Below are positions 1 through 10,240 of a DNA stretch of 64,000 bases, piece after piece. Positions within the stretch are counted from its first letter, which is position 1. Each line of letters starts with the position of its first letter. This DNA is from an uncultured virus (IMG/VR IMGVR_UViG_3300002835_000040) (taxonomy: Duplodnaviria > Heunggongvirae > Uroviricota > Caudoviricetes). The stretch is taken from the IMG/VR virus record IMGVR_UViG_3300002835_000040; one strand, written 5' to 3'. A program made the position numbers and the translations under genes. The notes under the pieces were generated by a model. That model did no database searches and was not told the origin of the DNA. It worked only from the letters and a program-made list of their open reading frames with translations.

Positions 1-3000
1 CCTGATGAACCGCTAGTACCTGATGTACCAACACTACCACTTGAACCAGAAGAACCTGACGTTCCAACTGAACCTGAACTACCACTAGTCCCTGATGTAC
101 CAGCACTACCGCTAGAGCCTGAAGAACCGGATGTACCTACACTTCCCGATGAACCACTACTTCCGCTTGAACCAGATGTACCAACAGAACCAGAACTACC
201 ACTTGTTCCAGCACTACCACTAGAACCGCTACTACCTGATGTTCCTGAAGAACCGCTAGTTCCTGTTGAACCTGAACTTCCAGATGACCCAGTACTTCCC
301 GAAGAGCCGCTAGTACCAGATGAACCCGTACTACCACTTGAGCCTGAACTTCCTGATGTACCACTTGTACCTACTGAACCTGAGGTTCCACTTGTTCCTA
401 CACTTCCAGATGAACCTGAACTTCCACTTGAACCAGACGAACCTGAATTACCACTAGTTCCGCTTGACCCTGTACTTCCGCTAGAACCTGAACTTCCACT
501 TGAACCAGAAGAACCGCTAGTACCTACGCTACCTGATGACCCTGATGTTCCCGAACTACCACTAGAACCTGAAGTTCCAGAACTTCCTGAACTACCAGTC
601 GAGCCAGAACTTCCTGATGAACCACTACTACCGCTAGTACCTGAACTACCCGTACTTCCAGATGAACCTGAAGTTCCCGATGTACCTACACTACCACTTG
701 AACCTGATGTTCCAGTACTTCCTGACGTACCACTTGTCCCAACACTTCCTGATGTACCACTAGAACCTGATGTTCCTGAAGAACCGCTAGTTCCTCTTGA
801 ACCTGTTGACCCTGAACTTCCTGATGAACCAGAACTTCCACTTGAACCGGATGAGCCACTTGTACCTGATGAACCGCTAGTTCCAACACTTCCACTTGAA
901 CCAGAACTTCCTGAACTTCCACTTGTACCAGATGTACCTGACGAACCTGATGTCCCAACAGAACCAGAACTTCCTGAGCTTCCAGCACTTCCGCTAGAAC
1001 CTGACGAACCACTTGAACCTGATGTACCTGAACTTCCGTTAGCACCTGATGTACCCGACGAACCACTTGAACCAGATGACCCCGTACTTCCACTACTTCC
1101 TGAAGAACCAGAAGTTCCAGAACTTCCGCTTGTTCCTACACTACCACTAGACCCTGAAGAACCACTTGAACCAGATGTTCCACTAGTTCCAGAAGTACCA
1201 ACACTACCACTTGAGCCAGATGTTCCGCTAGTTCCTACACTACCTGAAGAACCTGATGTTCCACTAGTACCTACACTACCCGATGAACCTGATGTTCCAA
1301 CACTACCACTTGAACCTGAACTACCTGAAGAACCTGATGTTCCAACACTACCTGAAGAACCAGAACTACCTGATGTTCCTGAGGTTCCAGTACTTCCACT
1401 AGAACCTGCACTTCCTGAAGAACCACTTGAACCTGATGTACCAGAAGTTCCAACGCTACCACTACTACCTGAACTTCCACTTGAGCCGGTAATACCTGAA
1501 GTTCCACTTGAACCTGAACTACCTGATGAACCGCTAGTCCCTGTTGAACCAGAGGTTCCACTAGTTCCTGTACTTCCGCTAGAGCCTGAACTACCGCTAG
1601 TACCTACACTACCCGACGTACCAGAGCTTCCTGAAGACCCTGTACTTCCACTTGTACCTGATGTTCCAGTTGAACCACTTGTTCCTGAAGTCCCCGTTGA
1701 ACCTGATGTACCACTAGTTCCTGTACTTCCACTTGAACCGCTAGTTCCTGAAGTACCCGATGTTCCTCTTGAACCTGTAGAACCTGAACTTCCGGATGAA
1801 CCACTTGAACCAGAACTTCCTGAAGAACCAGATGTTCCTACACTTCCACTTGTACCAGCTGAACCTGAACTACCAGAACTTCCTGAAGACCCACTAGAAC
1901 CTGATGTTCCTGAAGAACCACTTGTACCTACTGAACCTGAACTTCCTGAAGAGCCACTTGTACCTACTGAACCTGAACTTCCAGCACTACCACTAGACCC
2001 TGAACTTCCACTGCTTCCATTGGCTCCCGATGTACCTGATGAACCAGAAGTTCCGCTAGAACCTGATGAACCAGAAGTTCCCGAAGTGCCTGATGTTCCA
2101 CTTGTACCACGACTTCCTGTAGAACCAGAACTTCCTGATGAACCAGTACTACCACTACTTCCTGACGTACCACTAGTACCACTTGAGCCAGATGTTCCTG
2201 AAGAACCTGAGCTTCCAGCACTACCACTACTTCCACTTGTTCCCGTAGAACCTGAACTACCAGCACTACCGCTAGACCCTGAACTTCCACTACTTCCTGA
2301 TGTACCAGCCGAACCACTTGTTCCTGTAGACCCAGACGAACCACTTGAACCCGAACTTCCTGAAGAACCACTTGAACCTGTTGAGCCAGAAGAACCTGAG
2401 GTTCCTGAACTACCACTTGAGCCACTAGTTCCAGTACTTCCCGAAGAACCTGAAGTACCTACACTTCCTGACGAGCCAGATGTTCCTGAACTTCCAGTAC
2501 TACCACTTGAACCCGAAGTACCACTTGTACCTGAGCTTCCAGCGCTTCCGCTAGAACCTGACGAACCACTAGTTCCTGAAGTACCCACACTTCCCGAACT
2601 TCCACTTGAACCTGAAGACCCAGTTGAACCCGATGTTCCACTTGTACCTGAACTTCCACTATTTCCTGACGAACCGCTAGAACCTGACGTTCCACTAGTA
2701 CCCGAAGTTCCTGATGTACCAACACTACCAGATGAACCTGAACTACCTGATGTTCCTGAGGTTCCATTAGTGCCGCTTGAACCAGATGTTCCTACACTTC
2801 CTGAGCTTCCACTAGTACCTGAAGTACCTACACTTCCTGAGGAACCAGATGTTCCGCTTGTACCTACAGAACCACTTGTTCCTGAAGAACCTGACGTACC
2901 AGTAGAACCACTTGTTCCTGAAGAACCTGACGTACCAGTAGAACCACTTGAACCTGTGCTACCGCTAGAACCTGACGTTCCTGAGCTTCCAGCGCTACCG

Positions 3001-6000
3001 CTAGAACCTGATGAACCACTTGTTCCAGATGTTCCGCTAGTTCCTACTGAACCAGACGTTCCACTAGTTCCAACAGAACCAGAACTTCCTGATGTTCCGC
3101 TAGTTCCTCTTGAACCCGTACTACCTGAAGAACCAGAACTTCCCGATGAACCGCTAGTACCTGAACTACCTGTTGAACCTGAACTTCCACTTGAGCCAGA
3201 TGAACCTGAAGTACCACTTGTTCCTACACTTCCACTTGTACCGGCAGAACCAGAACTTCCCGATGAACCACTTGTTCCTGATGTGCCAGAAGTTCCAACA
3301 CTTCCACTAGAACCAGATGTTCCGCTACTTCCTGAACTACCTGAAGACCCACTTGAACCTGAAGTTCCGCTAGTACCTGTAGTTCCTGATGAACCACTAG
3401 TACCTGAAGAACCTGATGTCCCACTTGTTCCCGCAGTTCCTGAAGAACCTGAAGAACCTGAAGTTCCACTTGAACCGCTAGTTCCCGATGTTCCTGTTGT
3501 ACCTGAAGTTCCGCTTGTACCTGACGAACCTGAAGTTCCACTTGTTCCTGTAGTACCGCTTGTGCCTGATGAACCTGACGTTCCACTCGTACCTGAAGAA
3601 CCACTAGTTCCCGATGTTCCTGTTGTTCCGCTAGTTCCTGAGGAGCCTGAAGTACCACTTGTACCTGAACTACCCGATGTTCCACTTGTTCCTGCAGTAC
3701 CACTAGTTCCTGACGAACCGCTAGTACCACTCGTTCCTGATGAACCTGATGTTCCTGAAGTACCACTTGAACCTGAAGTTCCGCTAGTACCTGAAGAACC
3801 ACTTGTTCCGCTTGTACCTGTTGTACCTGATGTTCCTGAACTTCCCGATGTTCCGCTAGTTCCCGAAGAACCACTTGTACCTGAGGTACCTGTAGTCCCA
3901 CTTGTTCCTGAAGAACCTGATGTACCACTTGTACCTGTTGTCCCTGATGAACCACTAGTTCCAGAAGTTCCACTTGAGCCTGATGTTCCGCTTGTTCCTG
4001 AAGAACCTGATGTCCCACTTGTTCCACTTGAACCGCTAGTTCCCGATGTTCCTGTTGTACCCGAAGTTCCTGATGAACCTGAAGTTCCGCTTGTACCTGT
4101 TGTTCCGCTAGTACCTGAAGAACCACTTGTACCTGACGAACCTGAAGTTCCACTTGTTCCTGAAGAACCACTAGTTCCCGATGTTCCTGTTGTACCCGAA
4201 GTTCCTGAACTACCCGAAGTTCCGCTAGTCCCTGTTGTTCCACTTGAACCTGATGTTCCACTTGTTCCCGAAGTACCACTTGAACCTGACGTTCCGCTAG
4301 TTCCTGATGTTCCACTTGTTCCTGTTGTACCGCTAGTTCCTGAAGAACCTGAAGTACCACTAGAACCTGAAGTTCCGCTAGTACCACTTGTTCCTGATGA
4401 ACCTGAAGTTCCACTAGTACCTGTAGTACCTGATGTACCACTAGAGCCACTTGTACCCGATGAGCCTGAAGTACCACTTGTACCCGTAGTGCCTGATGTA
4501 CCACTTGAACCTGAAGTTCCGCTTGTTCCTGACGAACCTGAAGTTCCGCTAGTACCTGTAGTACCTGATGAACCGCTAGTACCACTTGTTCCTGAACTAC
4601 CTGAAGTACCACTTGTTCCTGTAGTACCGCTAGTTCCTGAAGAACCTGATGTACCACTCGTACCTGAAGAACCCGAAGTTCCGCTAGTACCCGATGAACC
4701 TGAAGTTCCACTTGTTCCTGTAGTACCGCTAGTTCCTGACGAACCCGAAGTTCCGCTAGTTCCTGATGTTCCTGAAGAACCGCTAGTTCCACTTGAACCC
4801 GATGTTCCACTCGTACCCGATGAGCCTGAAGTACCACTTGTTCCTGTAGTACCACTTGTTCCCGATGAACCTGATGTTCCGCTTGTGCCTGAAGAGCCTG
4901 ATGTTCCGCTTGTTCCCGTAGTACCTGATGTCCCACTAGAACCTGAAGTTCCGCTAGTCCCTGATGAACCCGAGGTACCTGAAGTACCACTTGTTCCTGA
5001 AGAACCTGACGTACCACTCGTACCTGTAGTTCCAGATGTGCCTGAAGAACCACTTGTACCACTACTTCCTGATGTTCCTGAAGAACCGCTAGTACCCGAT
5101 GTACCCGAGCTACCTGATGTACCGCTCGTACCCGATGAGCCTGAACTACCACTTGTACCTGAACTACCACTTGAGCCAGATGTACCATCACTACCACTAG
5201 ACCCTGAACTTCCTGACGTGCCACTTGAACCTGAAGTTCCTGATGAACCAGTTAAACCAGAACTACCTGATGAACCTGAACTACCAGTAGAACCTGATGT
5301 ACCACTACTTCCTGAAGAACCTGTTGTTCCACTTGTACCACTAGTACCACTAGTACCAGCACTTCCTGAAGAACCTGAAGAACCTGTTGTTCCACTTGTA
5401 CCACTAGTACCTGCACTTCCTGAAGAACCTGATGTTCCACTAGTACCATTAGTTCCTGAAGTACCCGAACTTCCCGAAGAACCAGATGTACCTGTAGTCC
5501 CACTAGTTCCTGATGTTCCTGAAGAACCAGAACTTCCCGATGAACCACTTGTTCCTGTTGTTCCACTAGTACCTGAACTGCCACTTGAACCATTTACCCC
5601 ACTACTACCTGAACTACCACTTGAACCACTAATTCCTGAAGAACCTGATGTTCCCGATGAACCACTTGTTCCGCTTTCACCTGATGTTCCTGACGAACCA
5701 CTTGTCCCGCTTTGTCCTGATGTTCCACTTGAACCACTTGTCCCGCTTTGTCCTGATGTTCCACTTGAACCTGTTAATCCACTACTACCTGACGAACCTG
5801 TTGAGCCAGAGCTACCACTAGTACCAGTACTACCTGATGTACCCGATGAACCACTTGAACCTGAACTTCCCGATGAACCACTTGAACCTGAAGTTCCTGA
5901 ACTTCCGCTTGTACCAGAACTTCCCGAAGAACCTGACGTTCCACTTGTTCCCACACTTCCTGAAGAACCTGAGGAGCCAGATGTTCCTGATGTACCCGAA

Positions 6001-6315
6001 GAACCTCCAGTACCTGATAGTCCTGATGAACCACTTGTACCTGATGTTCCACTTGCACCATCAACACCATTAATACCTGATGTTCCAGCACTACCTGAAC
6101 TACCGCTAGTTCCAGTACTTCCCGAAGAACCGCTATCCCCTGATGAACCAGACGTTCCACTTGTTCCTGATGTACCCGCAGAACCAGAACTACCTGATGA
6201 ACCAGAACTACCTGAAGTTCCACTTGTACCTGCTGAACCTGAAGAACCAGAGCTACCTGAAGAACCACTTGTACCCGCAGAACCTGATGTTCCAGAACTA
6301 CCATTAGAACCAGAT
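1..6315 (-). repeat. Degenerate 9-nt-period coding repeat (~700 Gly-X-Y triplets)
   Basis: The plus strand reads ccN every ninth base (Pro every third residue in the antisense ORF), i.e. Gly every third residue on the minus strand. Synonymous codons vary extensively. Confidence 0.95.
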
Positions 6316-6932
6316 GCCGTAATACCTGTTACAGAAATAATAGTTCCATCACTATTATATAATTCTAATGTACTTGTACCTGAAAAATAAGTACCACCCG
6401 TTAATTCAGTACCTTGAGCAAAAACTCTCCATCTCGCATTTTCTCTTGTAACACCACTAACACCTTCAATAGTTGAGCCTGTCCAAGCATTAATAAATGC
6501 CTGACCTTCAGGTGTATTATTCTTTATAATAGTTTCGTAAGATAATTGAGTTACAGAATTAGCACTTACTGCAGCATCCCATAAATCATTGTAATTGTCT
6601 ATTTGATATTGATATGCCGTTTCAGTTTCATTAACCCAAACAATCATACCCAATCTTCTTCTACCCGAAGAGAAATTGTCAGAATTTAAAGTTAAATATG
6701 TTGGAGAAAATGTACCGTTACCAATGTTAATATTAATAGGTATATTATTAACACTTAATTGTTGTTGTCCTTGCCCACTAAATGTTAAACCTAAATTAGT
6801 AAGGTATGCCGCCTCTTGCCATCCACCAACATTTAAAACATTAAAATTGGTTCCGTATGGACTTGTTCTCGCTACACTGAAAGGTCCTGTAATTTGGGAC
6901 GCACTTATTGGATTTTGATACGGTATTGCCAT
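3..6932 (-). CDS. Giant Gly-Ser/Thr-Ser collagen-like repeat protein, putative virion fibre (3' partial, >=2310 aa; not in ORF track)
   Basis: Manual translation from ATG at 6932: MAIPYQNPISASQITGPFSVARTSPYGTNFNVLNVGGWQE...LNSDNFSSGRRRLGMIVWVNE..., then from ~6315 continuous G-X-Y (GSS/GTS/GTT/GSV). The same frame still reads G-T-S-G-S-S at positions 20->3. Its absence from the ORF track fits having no stop inside the window. The N-terminus is homologous to that of the 15743..17977 protein. Confidence 0.9.
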   Translation of the reverse strand, partial: MAIPYQNPISASQITGPFSVARTSPYGTNFNVLNVGGWQEAAYLTNLGLTFSGQGQQQLSVNNIPININIGNGTFSPTYLTLNSDNFSSGRRRLGMIVWVNETETAYQYQIDNYNDLWDAAVSANSVTQLSYETIIKNNTPEGQAFINAWTGSTIEGVSGVTRENARWRVFAQGTELTGGTYFSGTSTLELYNSDGTIISVTGITASGSNGSSGTSGSAGTSGSSGSSGSSGSAGTSGTSGSSGSSGSSGSAGTSGTSGTSGSSGDSGSSGSTGTSGSSGSAGTSGINGVDGASGTSGTSGSSGLSGTGGSSGTSGTSGSSGSSGSVGTSGTSGSSGSSGTSGSSGTSGSSGSSGSSGSSGSSGTSGSTGTSGSSGSTGSSGSSGLTGSSGTSGQSGTSGSSGTSGQSGTSGSSGTSGESGTSGSSGTSGSSGISGSSGSSGSSGVNGSSGSSGTSGTTGTSGSSGSSGSSGTSGTSGTTGTSGSSGSSGTSGTNGTSGTSGSSGSAGTSGTSGTTGSSGSSGSAGTSGTSGTSGTTGSSGSSGTSGSTGSSGSSGSSGLTGSSGTSGSSGTSGSSGSSGSDGTSGSSGSSGTSGSSGSSGTSGTSGSSGTSGTSGSSGTSGSSGTSGSSGTSGTTGTSGTSGSSGTSGTSGTSGSSGTSGTSGSSGTSGTTGTSGTSGSSGTSGTSGSSGTSGTTGTSGTSGSSGTSGTSGSSGTSGSSGTSGTSGTSGSSGTSGTTGTSGTSGSSGTSGTSGSSGTSGTSGSSGTSGTTGTSGTSGSSGTSGTSGSSGTTGTSGTSGSSGTSGTSGSSGTSGTTGTSGTSGSSGTSGSSGTSGTTGTSGTSGSSGTSGTSGTSGSSGTSGSSGTSGTTGTSGTSGTSGTSGSSGTSGTSGTSGSSGTTGTSGTSGSSGTSGTTGTSGTSGSSGTSGTSGSSGTSGSSGTSGTTGTSGTSGSSGTSGTTGTSGTSGSSGTSGTSGSSGTSGTSGSSGTSGTSGSSGTTGTSGTSGSSGTSGTTGTSGTSGSSGTSGTSGSSGTSGTTGTSGTSGSSGTSGTSGSSGTSGTSGSSGTSGTSGSSGTSGTAGTSGTSGSSGTSGTSGSSGTSGTTGTSGTSGSSGTSGTSGSSGTSGTTGTSGTSGSSGTSGTSGTTGTSGTSGSSGTSGSSGSSGTAGTSGTSGSSGTSGSSGTTGTSGTSGSSGSSGSSGSSGTSGSSGSVGTSGTSGTSGSSGSSGSAGTSGSVGTSGTSGSSGSSGSSGSTGSSGTSGSSGSSGSSGSTGSRGTSGTSGSSGSVGTSGTSGSVGTSGTSGTSGSSGSSGSAGSSGTSGSSGSTGSSGSTGTSGSSGTSGSTGTSGSSGTSGSVGTSGTSGSSGSVGTSGTSGSSGSVGTSGSSGTNGTSGTSGSSGSSGSVGTSGTSGTSGTSGSSGSSGNSGSSGTSGTSGSTGSSGSSGSSGSVGTSGTSGSSGSSGSAGSSGTSGTSGSSGSTGSSGTSGSSGSVGTSGSSGSTGTSGSSGSSGTSGSSGSTGSSGSSGSSGSSGSSGSTGTSGSAGTSGSSGSSGSSGSAGSSGSTGTSGSSGSAGSSGSSGTSGSSGTSGTSGSSGSTGSSGSSGSTGSRGTSGTSGTSGTSGSSGSSGTSGSSGTSGANGSSGSSGSSGSAGSSGSVGTSGSSGSSGSVGTSGSSGTSGSSGSSGSSGSSGSAGTSGSVGTSGSSGSSGSSGSSGSSGSTGSRGTSGTSGTSGSSGSTGTSGTSGSTGTSGTSGSTGTSGTSGSTGSSGSSGTSGSVGTSGSSGSSGSTGTSGTSGSTGTSGSSGSSGSSGTSGITGSSGSSGSSGSVGTSGTSGSSGSSGSAGSSGSTGTSGTSGSSGSSGSVGTSGSSGSSGSSGSVGTSGSSGSVGTSGTSGSSGSVGTSGTSGSSGSVGTSGTSGTSGSSGSSGSSGSVGTSGSSGTSGSSGSSGSTGSSGSSGSSGTSGANGSSGTSGSSGSSGSSGSAGSSGSSGSVGTSGSSGTSGTSGSSGSSGSSGSVGTSGSSGTSGSSGSSGSSGSSGSSGSTGSRGTSGSSGTSGSSGTSGSVGTSGTSGSTGTSGSSGSVGTSGTSGSSGSTGSSGTSGSSGSSGSSGSTGSSGSSGTSGSSGSSGTSGSSGSVGTSGSSGSSGSSGSSGSTGSSGTSGNSGSSGSSGSSGSSGSVGTSGTSGSVGTSGTSGSSGSSGSTGSSGTSGSSGSTGSSGSSGSTGTSGSSGTSGSSGSSGSAGTSGSSGSVGTSGSSGSSGSSGSVGTSGSSGSSGSAGTSGTSGSSGSVGTSGSSGSSGSVGTSGTSGSS

Positions 6933-6961
6933 TTTTTTACTTACTAATAATTATCTTTTTT

Positions 6962-8170
6962 TTAGGTTTTATACACCCCTTTGAAATAATAATTATTTTT
7001 ATCAGGAAGTTTTGGAGGTAACAATCCATCGTTAGACAAGTATAATACTCTATAAATCCCCGCAGGTATTGCTCCACCTGGAGTTATTGTAATATCCCCA
7101 ACCGAAATTTTAGGGTCAGGAGTTGCTAAAATATCAAAGTCACAAGGTTGTGATTGATAACCAACATTTACTGTCATGTTATTTAAACTTTCATCAACAC
7201 CCGCAAGTGGTATCCAAATCGTATACATGTACTGTAAACTAGTGTTAATAACACTATTATCAACTTCAATTGTTTCAAAAGTATATTGGTTAATTAAACA
7301 TCCAAATCTATCGTTAATTGTATTTGAAAATTGATTTATCGCACCTTTTAAATTTGTAGGTTTAACAAAGTTTCCTGTTCCACCTGTAAATCCTGAGTAT
7401 GATGCGTATTTGTTCATCATATAACTGTAGTTTGGACTTGTTGGTAATGGAAGTGCTCCCGAATTACCCCATCCGTACCAATTAACACTAGTATCAGGTG
7501 TTATACCGTCCGATAAGTAATACATATAACTTCCTAATCCATATAACGAACCACTTCCCGAAGAATCTTGCGGTTCCGCAAATACGTAAGCGTAATATAG
7601 AGGTGTTGTAATTGATGGTGTTGGGGTAAATGTTGGTGTTGGTGTAGTTGTTGGCGTAGGTGTTGATGTTGCTGTCGGTGTTAAAGATAGAGTTGGTGTA
7701 ACACTTGGAGTAATTGATGGTGTTGGAGTTGGTGTTGCCGGTAGAGCAGGTGCGTTACAACAAGGTCTATCAATAATGTAAGGATTATTAGTCGGATAAG
7801 AGTAAGAGTTTAAACTAAAACTACTAAGAACACTTACATAAATTTTTTGAGGTAGTGGTATAATAACAATACCCTGAGATGATTGTTTTAAAAACTGAAC
7901 TAAAAACTTACCTTCATTTTTTGTTTCTCTACTTGTGAATTGATAGTTCACATAATAAGTAATATCTAAAGGATTAACAGTAGACGCACTTGTTGTAATA
8001 TAACATTCTTTAGACGCTACAACATATTTCTTATTAAATTCGTCATATACCGAAATTAAAATTGTATTACCCGAAATATTTTCATTTAAACCAAAATCAC
8101 TTCTCCCGTCTTTTGATATCTCAACTTGGAAAACTGGTAACGTTGAATTTTTCTTAATAAACCATTCCAT
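6962..8170 (-). CDS. Virion adapter-like protein: BppU-like N-terminal domain + Thr-Pro linker + conserved C-terminal domain
   Basis: Likely start is MEWFIKKNSTLP at 8170, 1 nt after the upstream stop (track start 8197). The N-terminus is paralogous to 8172..8540. PTPTPSITP linker. The C-terminal domain (YAYVFAEP...MNKYASYSGFTGG...YTIWIP...YYFKG) is paralogous to 17987..18991. Confidence 0.7.
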   Translation of the reverse strand: MEWFIKKNSTLPVFQVEISKDGRSDFGLNENISGNTILISVYDEFNKKYVVASKECYITTSASTVNPLDITYYVNYQFTSRETKNEGKFLVQFLKQSSQGIVIIPLPQKIYVSVLSSFSLNSYSYPTNNPYIIDRPCCNAPALPATPTPTPSITPSVTPTLSLTPTATSTPTPTTTPTPTFTPTPSITTPLYYAYVFAEPQDSSGSGSLYGLGSYMYYLSDGITPDTSVNWYGWGNSGALPLPTSPNYSYMMNKYASYSGFTGGTGNFVKPTNLKGAINQFSNTINDRFGCLINQYTFETIEVDNSVINTSLQYMYTIWIPLAGVDESLNNMTVNVGYQSQPCDFDILATPDPKISVGDITITPGGAIPAGIYRVLYLSNDGLLPPKLPDKNNYYFKGVYKT

Positions 8171-8171
8171 A

Positions 8172-8540
8172 TTAAATAGATACGTAACTATTACCAATTT
8201 TTATCGTTAGTTTTTCTCTGATTGGTAAAATATAAGTTCCTGTATCAGTGATAAAAACAAACTCTCCTTCATAAAGTCCCTCTCTACTTGTATCGCTTGA
8301 AGTGAATTTATAATAAACATAGTATTCTGTCTCAGCATTTGGGTCAATAAATGTCTTTTCAACAAACCCTCCTTTCTTATTCAGAATTTTGTAACCCCCT
8401 GTTTTAACATCTATCATGGAAAAATAAATCAACGAGTTTTCTATCAGTGACATAAACTCTGTTATGTCAGCAATACCATCTTTAACCACTTGCATTTTAA
8501 GAACAGGCAGTGTTGCACCTTTGTTAATAAAAAATTCCAT
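8172..8540 (-). CDS. Small BppU-N-like (baseplate upper protein-like) Ig-fold protein
   Basis: MEFFINKGATLP...YYKFTSSDTSREGLYEGEF...ILP pattern resembles BppU N-terminal-type domains. Paralog of the next gene's N-terminus. Confidence 0.55.
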   Translation of the reverse strand: MEFFINKGATLPVLKMQVVKDGIADITEFMSLIENSLIYFSMIDVKTGGYKILNKKGGFVEKTFIDPNAETEYYVYYKFTSSDTSREGLYEGEFVFITDTGTYILPIREKLTIKIGNSYVSI

Positions 8541-8569
8541 TAATAGTTTTTTAAATAAATATCAAAAAA

Positions 8570-10240
8570 TCAACATTCTTTCCTTAAATTACTATCATAA
8601 TGTTCAAATCTATTATGTTCGGTAGGTGTGAGTAATAAAATACCTGGTTTTAATTTACCTTTAATTGTGTTTTGGAAGTTGTGAGACATTAAAGTTTGTT
8701 CATACGGGTGTTGATATTTTGTCTCCAAATAACATTTATAACTCCCACTTTTTGAAAGAATTATCGGCCAATTACACAAATAGATTTCCCCTGACGCATA
8801 AGGTAAACCCTTATGTGTTTTTATCTCGTTGAATTTTGTTTTTGGAGCGTTCGGGTCTAATCCCTGTTGAGGTAGTTTTGGATTTTTTGGCCAATGTTGT
8901 TCTCTGAAATTTTGTGGTACATTATACCAACTCCATTGAGTACTATTATCACCATAAAACTCTGAAAAATTTAATTTTAAAAAATCAAAGTTTTCTTTAT
9001 TAACTATCTCTAAACTTTTTTGATATAGATTACTTGCATACCTATTAAACCCATTTCTACACACTTCATTTTTTTGTGAATAAAAAAACATATCATCCTC
9101 AAAGAATAACATATAGTCCAACCCTGTTTCATCAAAATGTTCCGCAGTCCATTGTCTTCCACCTGTAATACCTATGTTATCTTTTTTAATATGTTCAAAA
9201 TCATATTCTTTACAAAGTCTCAAGTATTCTTCTGTTGTTGATAGGTCAGTTGAGTTATCCAATAAAAATTTCTTTGGTCTGTCTAAGAAATCCCTATCAT
9301 ATTCAATCATAGATTTAATTAATGTTTCAAATTGTTTTGGAGAATTGAATGTTATTACATACAATGCAACTTTATCCATATCTAAGTCATTTTGAATTTT
9401 AACAAACTCTGTCTTTTTAACTAAAACATCATCTTTTAAATCCTCAAAGAATTTTCCAAATAAACCATTATATTCAATTTCAAAATAATTTATATATTCA
9501 CTTAACTTATAAACCATTATTGAAAATATTGACTCCTCAGTTCCCATATACCCACTTGATAATGTATCATTCAATAGGTTATAGTATTCACCATTCATCT
9601 GTGATATGGTTTCTTTTGGTCCCCCAAAAAACCCACCTCGAGCAACTTTCTTCACATCATCTTCAGCCCATTCATTAATCTTTGGATATGAAAATCCGTG
9701 TATCTCATTACTTGCGTCGTATGGAAAACAAACAAATGTAAACTTATCAATATACTTACTTAAATTATTTAAAACCTTATCGTGTGTGAAATATCCGGGA
9801 TGAACAGTATTTGTAAGACCCGCATCAATCCAAAATAAAAACTCTGAATTAAATCTATCAAAAATCCTTGCGTCGTTTAATAAAAACATTTTTGACATAA
9901 CAAGTGGATTATACATTTCTAATCTACCTTGTGTTGATTCCTTTAACCAACCTGATTGATTATACCATTCGGGATTGTTTCTGATTTGTTGTATTTTATT
10001 ATAAAAGTCATTTTCAACAAACCAACTTTTATCTCTTAAAATAAATTGTGTATTACTTTGGTCTCTTTTTTCCCAAACAAAATCTTCCAATTCTTTTTCA
10101 CCAAAAATTATTAAGTTTTCTTCAACTTTTAATAGTTGTTCAAATTTTTCTAAATAATGTGAAAAAGAACGAGACCAACCTTCTTCAAGATTTTCTCTAC
10201 CAATATTCCACAATCCTGTAACTAATGTAATATTACTCAT
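8570..10240 (-). CDS. Two-domain glycosyltransferase: HtrL/YibB(WlaTC)-like + GT-A (GT2-like) domain
   Basis: N-half: TLVTGLWNIGR, FWIDAGL, GGFFGG, GTEESIF. C-half: LYVITFN, LLDNSTD, NIGITGGRQ, FFEDDM (DxD-like). Confidence 0.75.
   Translation of the reverse strand: MSNITLVTGLWNIGRENLEEGWSRSFSHYLEKFEQLLKVEENLIIFGEKELEDFVWEKRDQSNTQFILRDKSWFVENDFYNKIQQIRNNPEWYNQSGWLKESTQGRLEMYNPLVMSKMFLLNDARIFDRFNSEFLFWIDAGLTNTVHPGYFTHDKVLNNLSKYIDKFTFVCFPYDASNEIHGFSYPKINEWAEDDVKKVARGGFFGGPKETISQMNGEYYNLLNDTLSSGYMGTEESIFSIMVYKLSEYINYFEIEYNGLFGKFFEDLKDDVLVKKTEFVKIQNDLDMDKVALYVITFNSPKQFETLIKSMIEYDRDFLDRPKKFLLDNSTDLSTTEEYLRLCKEYDFEHIKKDNIGITGGRQWTAEHFDETGLDYMLFFEDDMFFYSQKNEVCRNGFNRYASNLYQKSLEIVNKENFDFLKLNFSEFYGDNSTQWSWYNVPQNFREQHWPKNPKLPQQGLDPNAPKTKFNEIKTHKGLPYASGEIYLCNWPIILSKSGSYKCYLETKYQHPYEQTLMSHNFQNTIKGKLKPGILLLTPTEHNRFEHYDSNLRKEC

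Noticed and set aside
137..6304. Many minus-strand Val/Gln/Leu-rich ORFs (e.g. 3224..5224)
   Set aside because: They are off-frame readings of the same repeat, broken by stops. The Gly-X-Y frame is continuous and has a real N-terminal domain.
1..6315. Possible CRISPR array or non-coding satellite
   Set aside because: There is no constant repeat with unique spacers. Variation falls at synonymous positions, indicating protein-level constraint. No cas genes were seen.
2020..6390. 1456-aa plus-strand Pro/Val/Glu/Asp/Leu ORF
   Set aside because: Antisense shadow of the Gly-Ser-Thr repeat: GGN read backwards gives ccN. It has a TTG start in mid-repeat, no unique domain, and opposes the strand of every other gene. 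The same shadow appears at 16584..17258.
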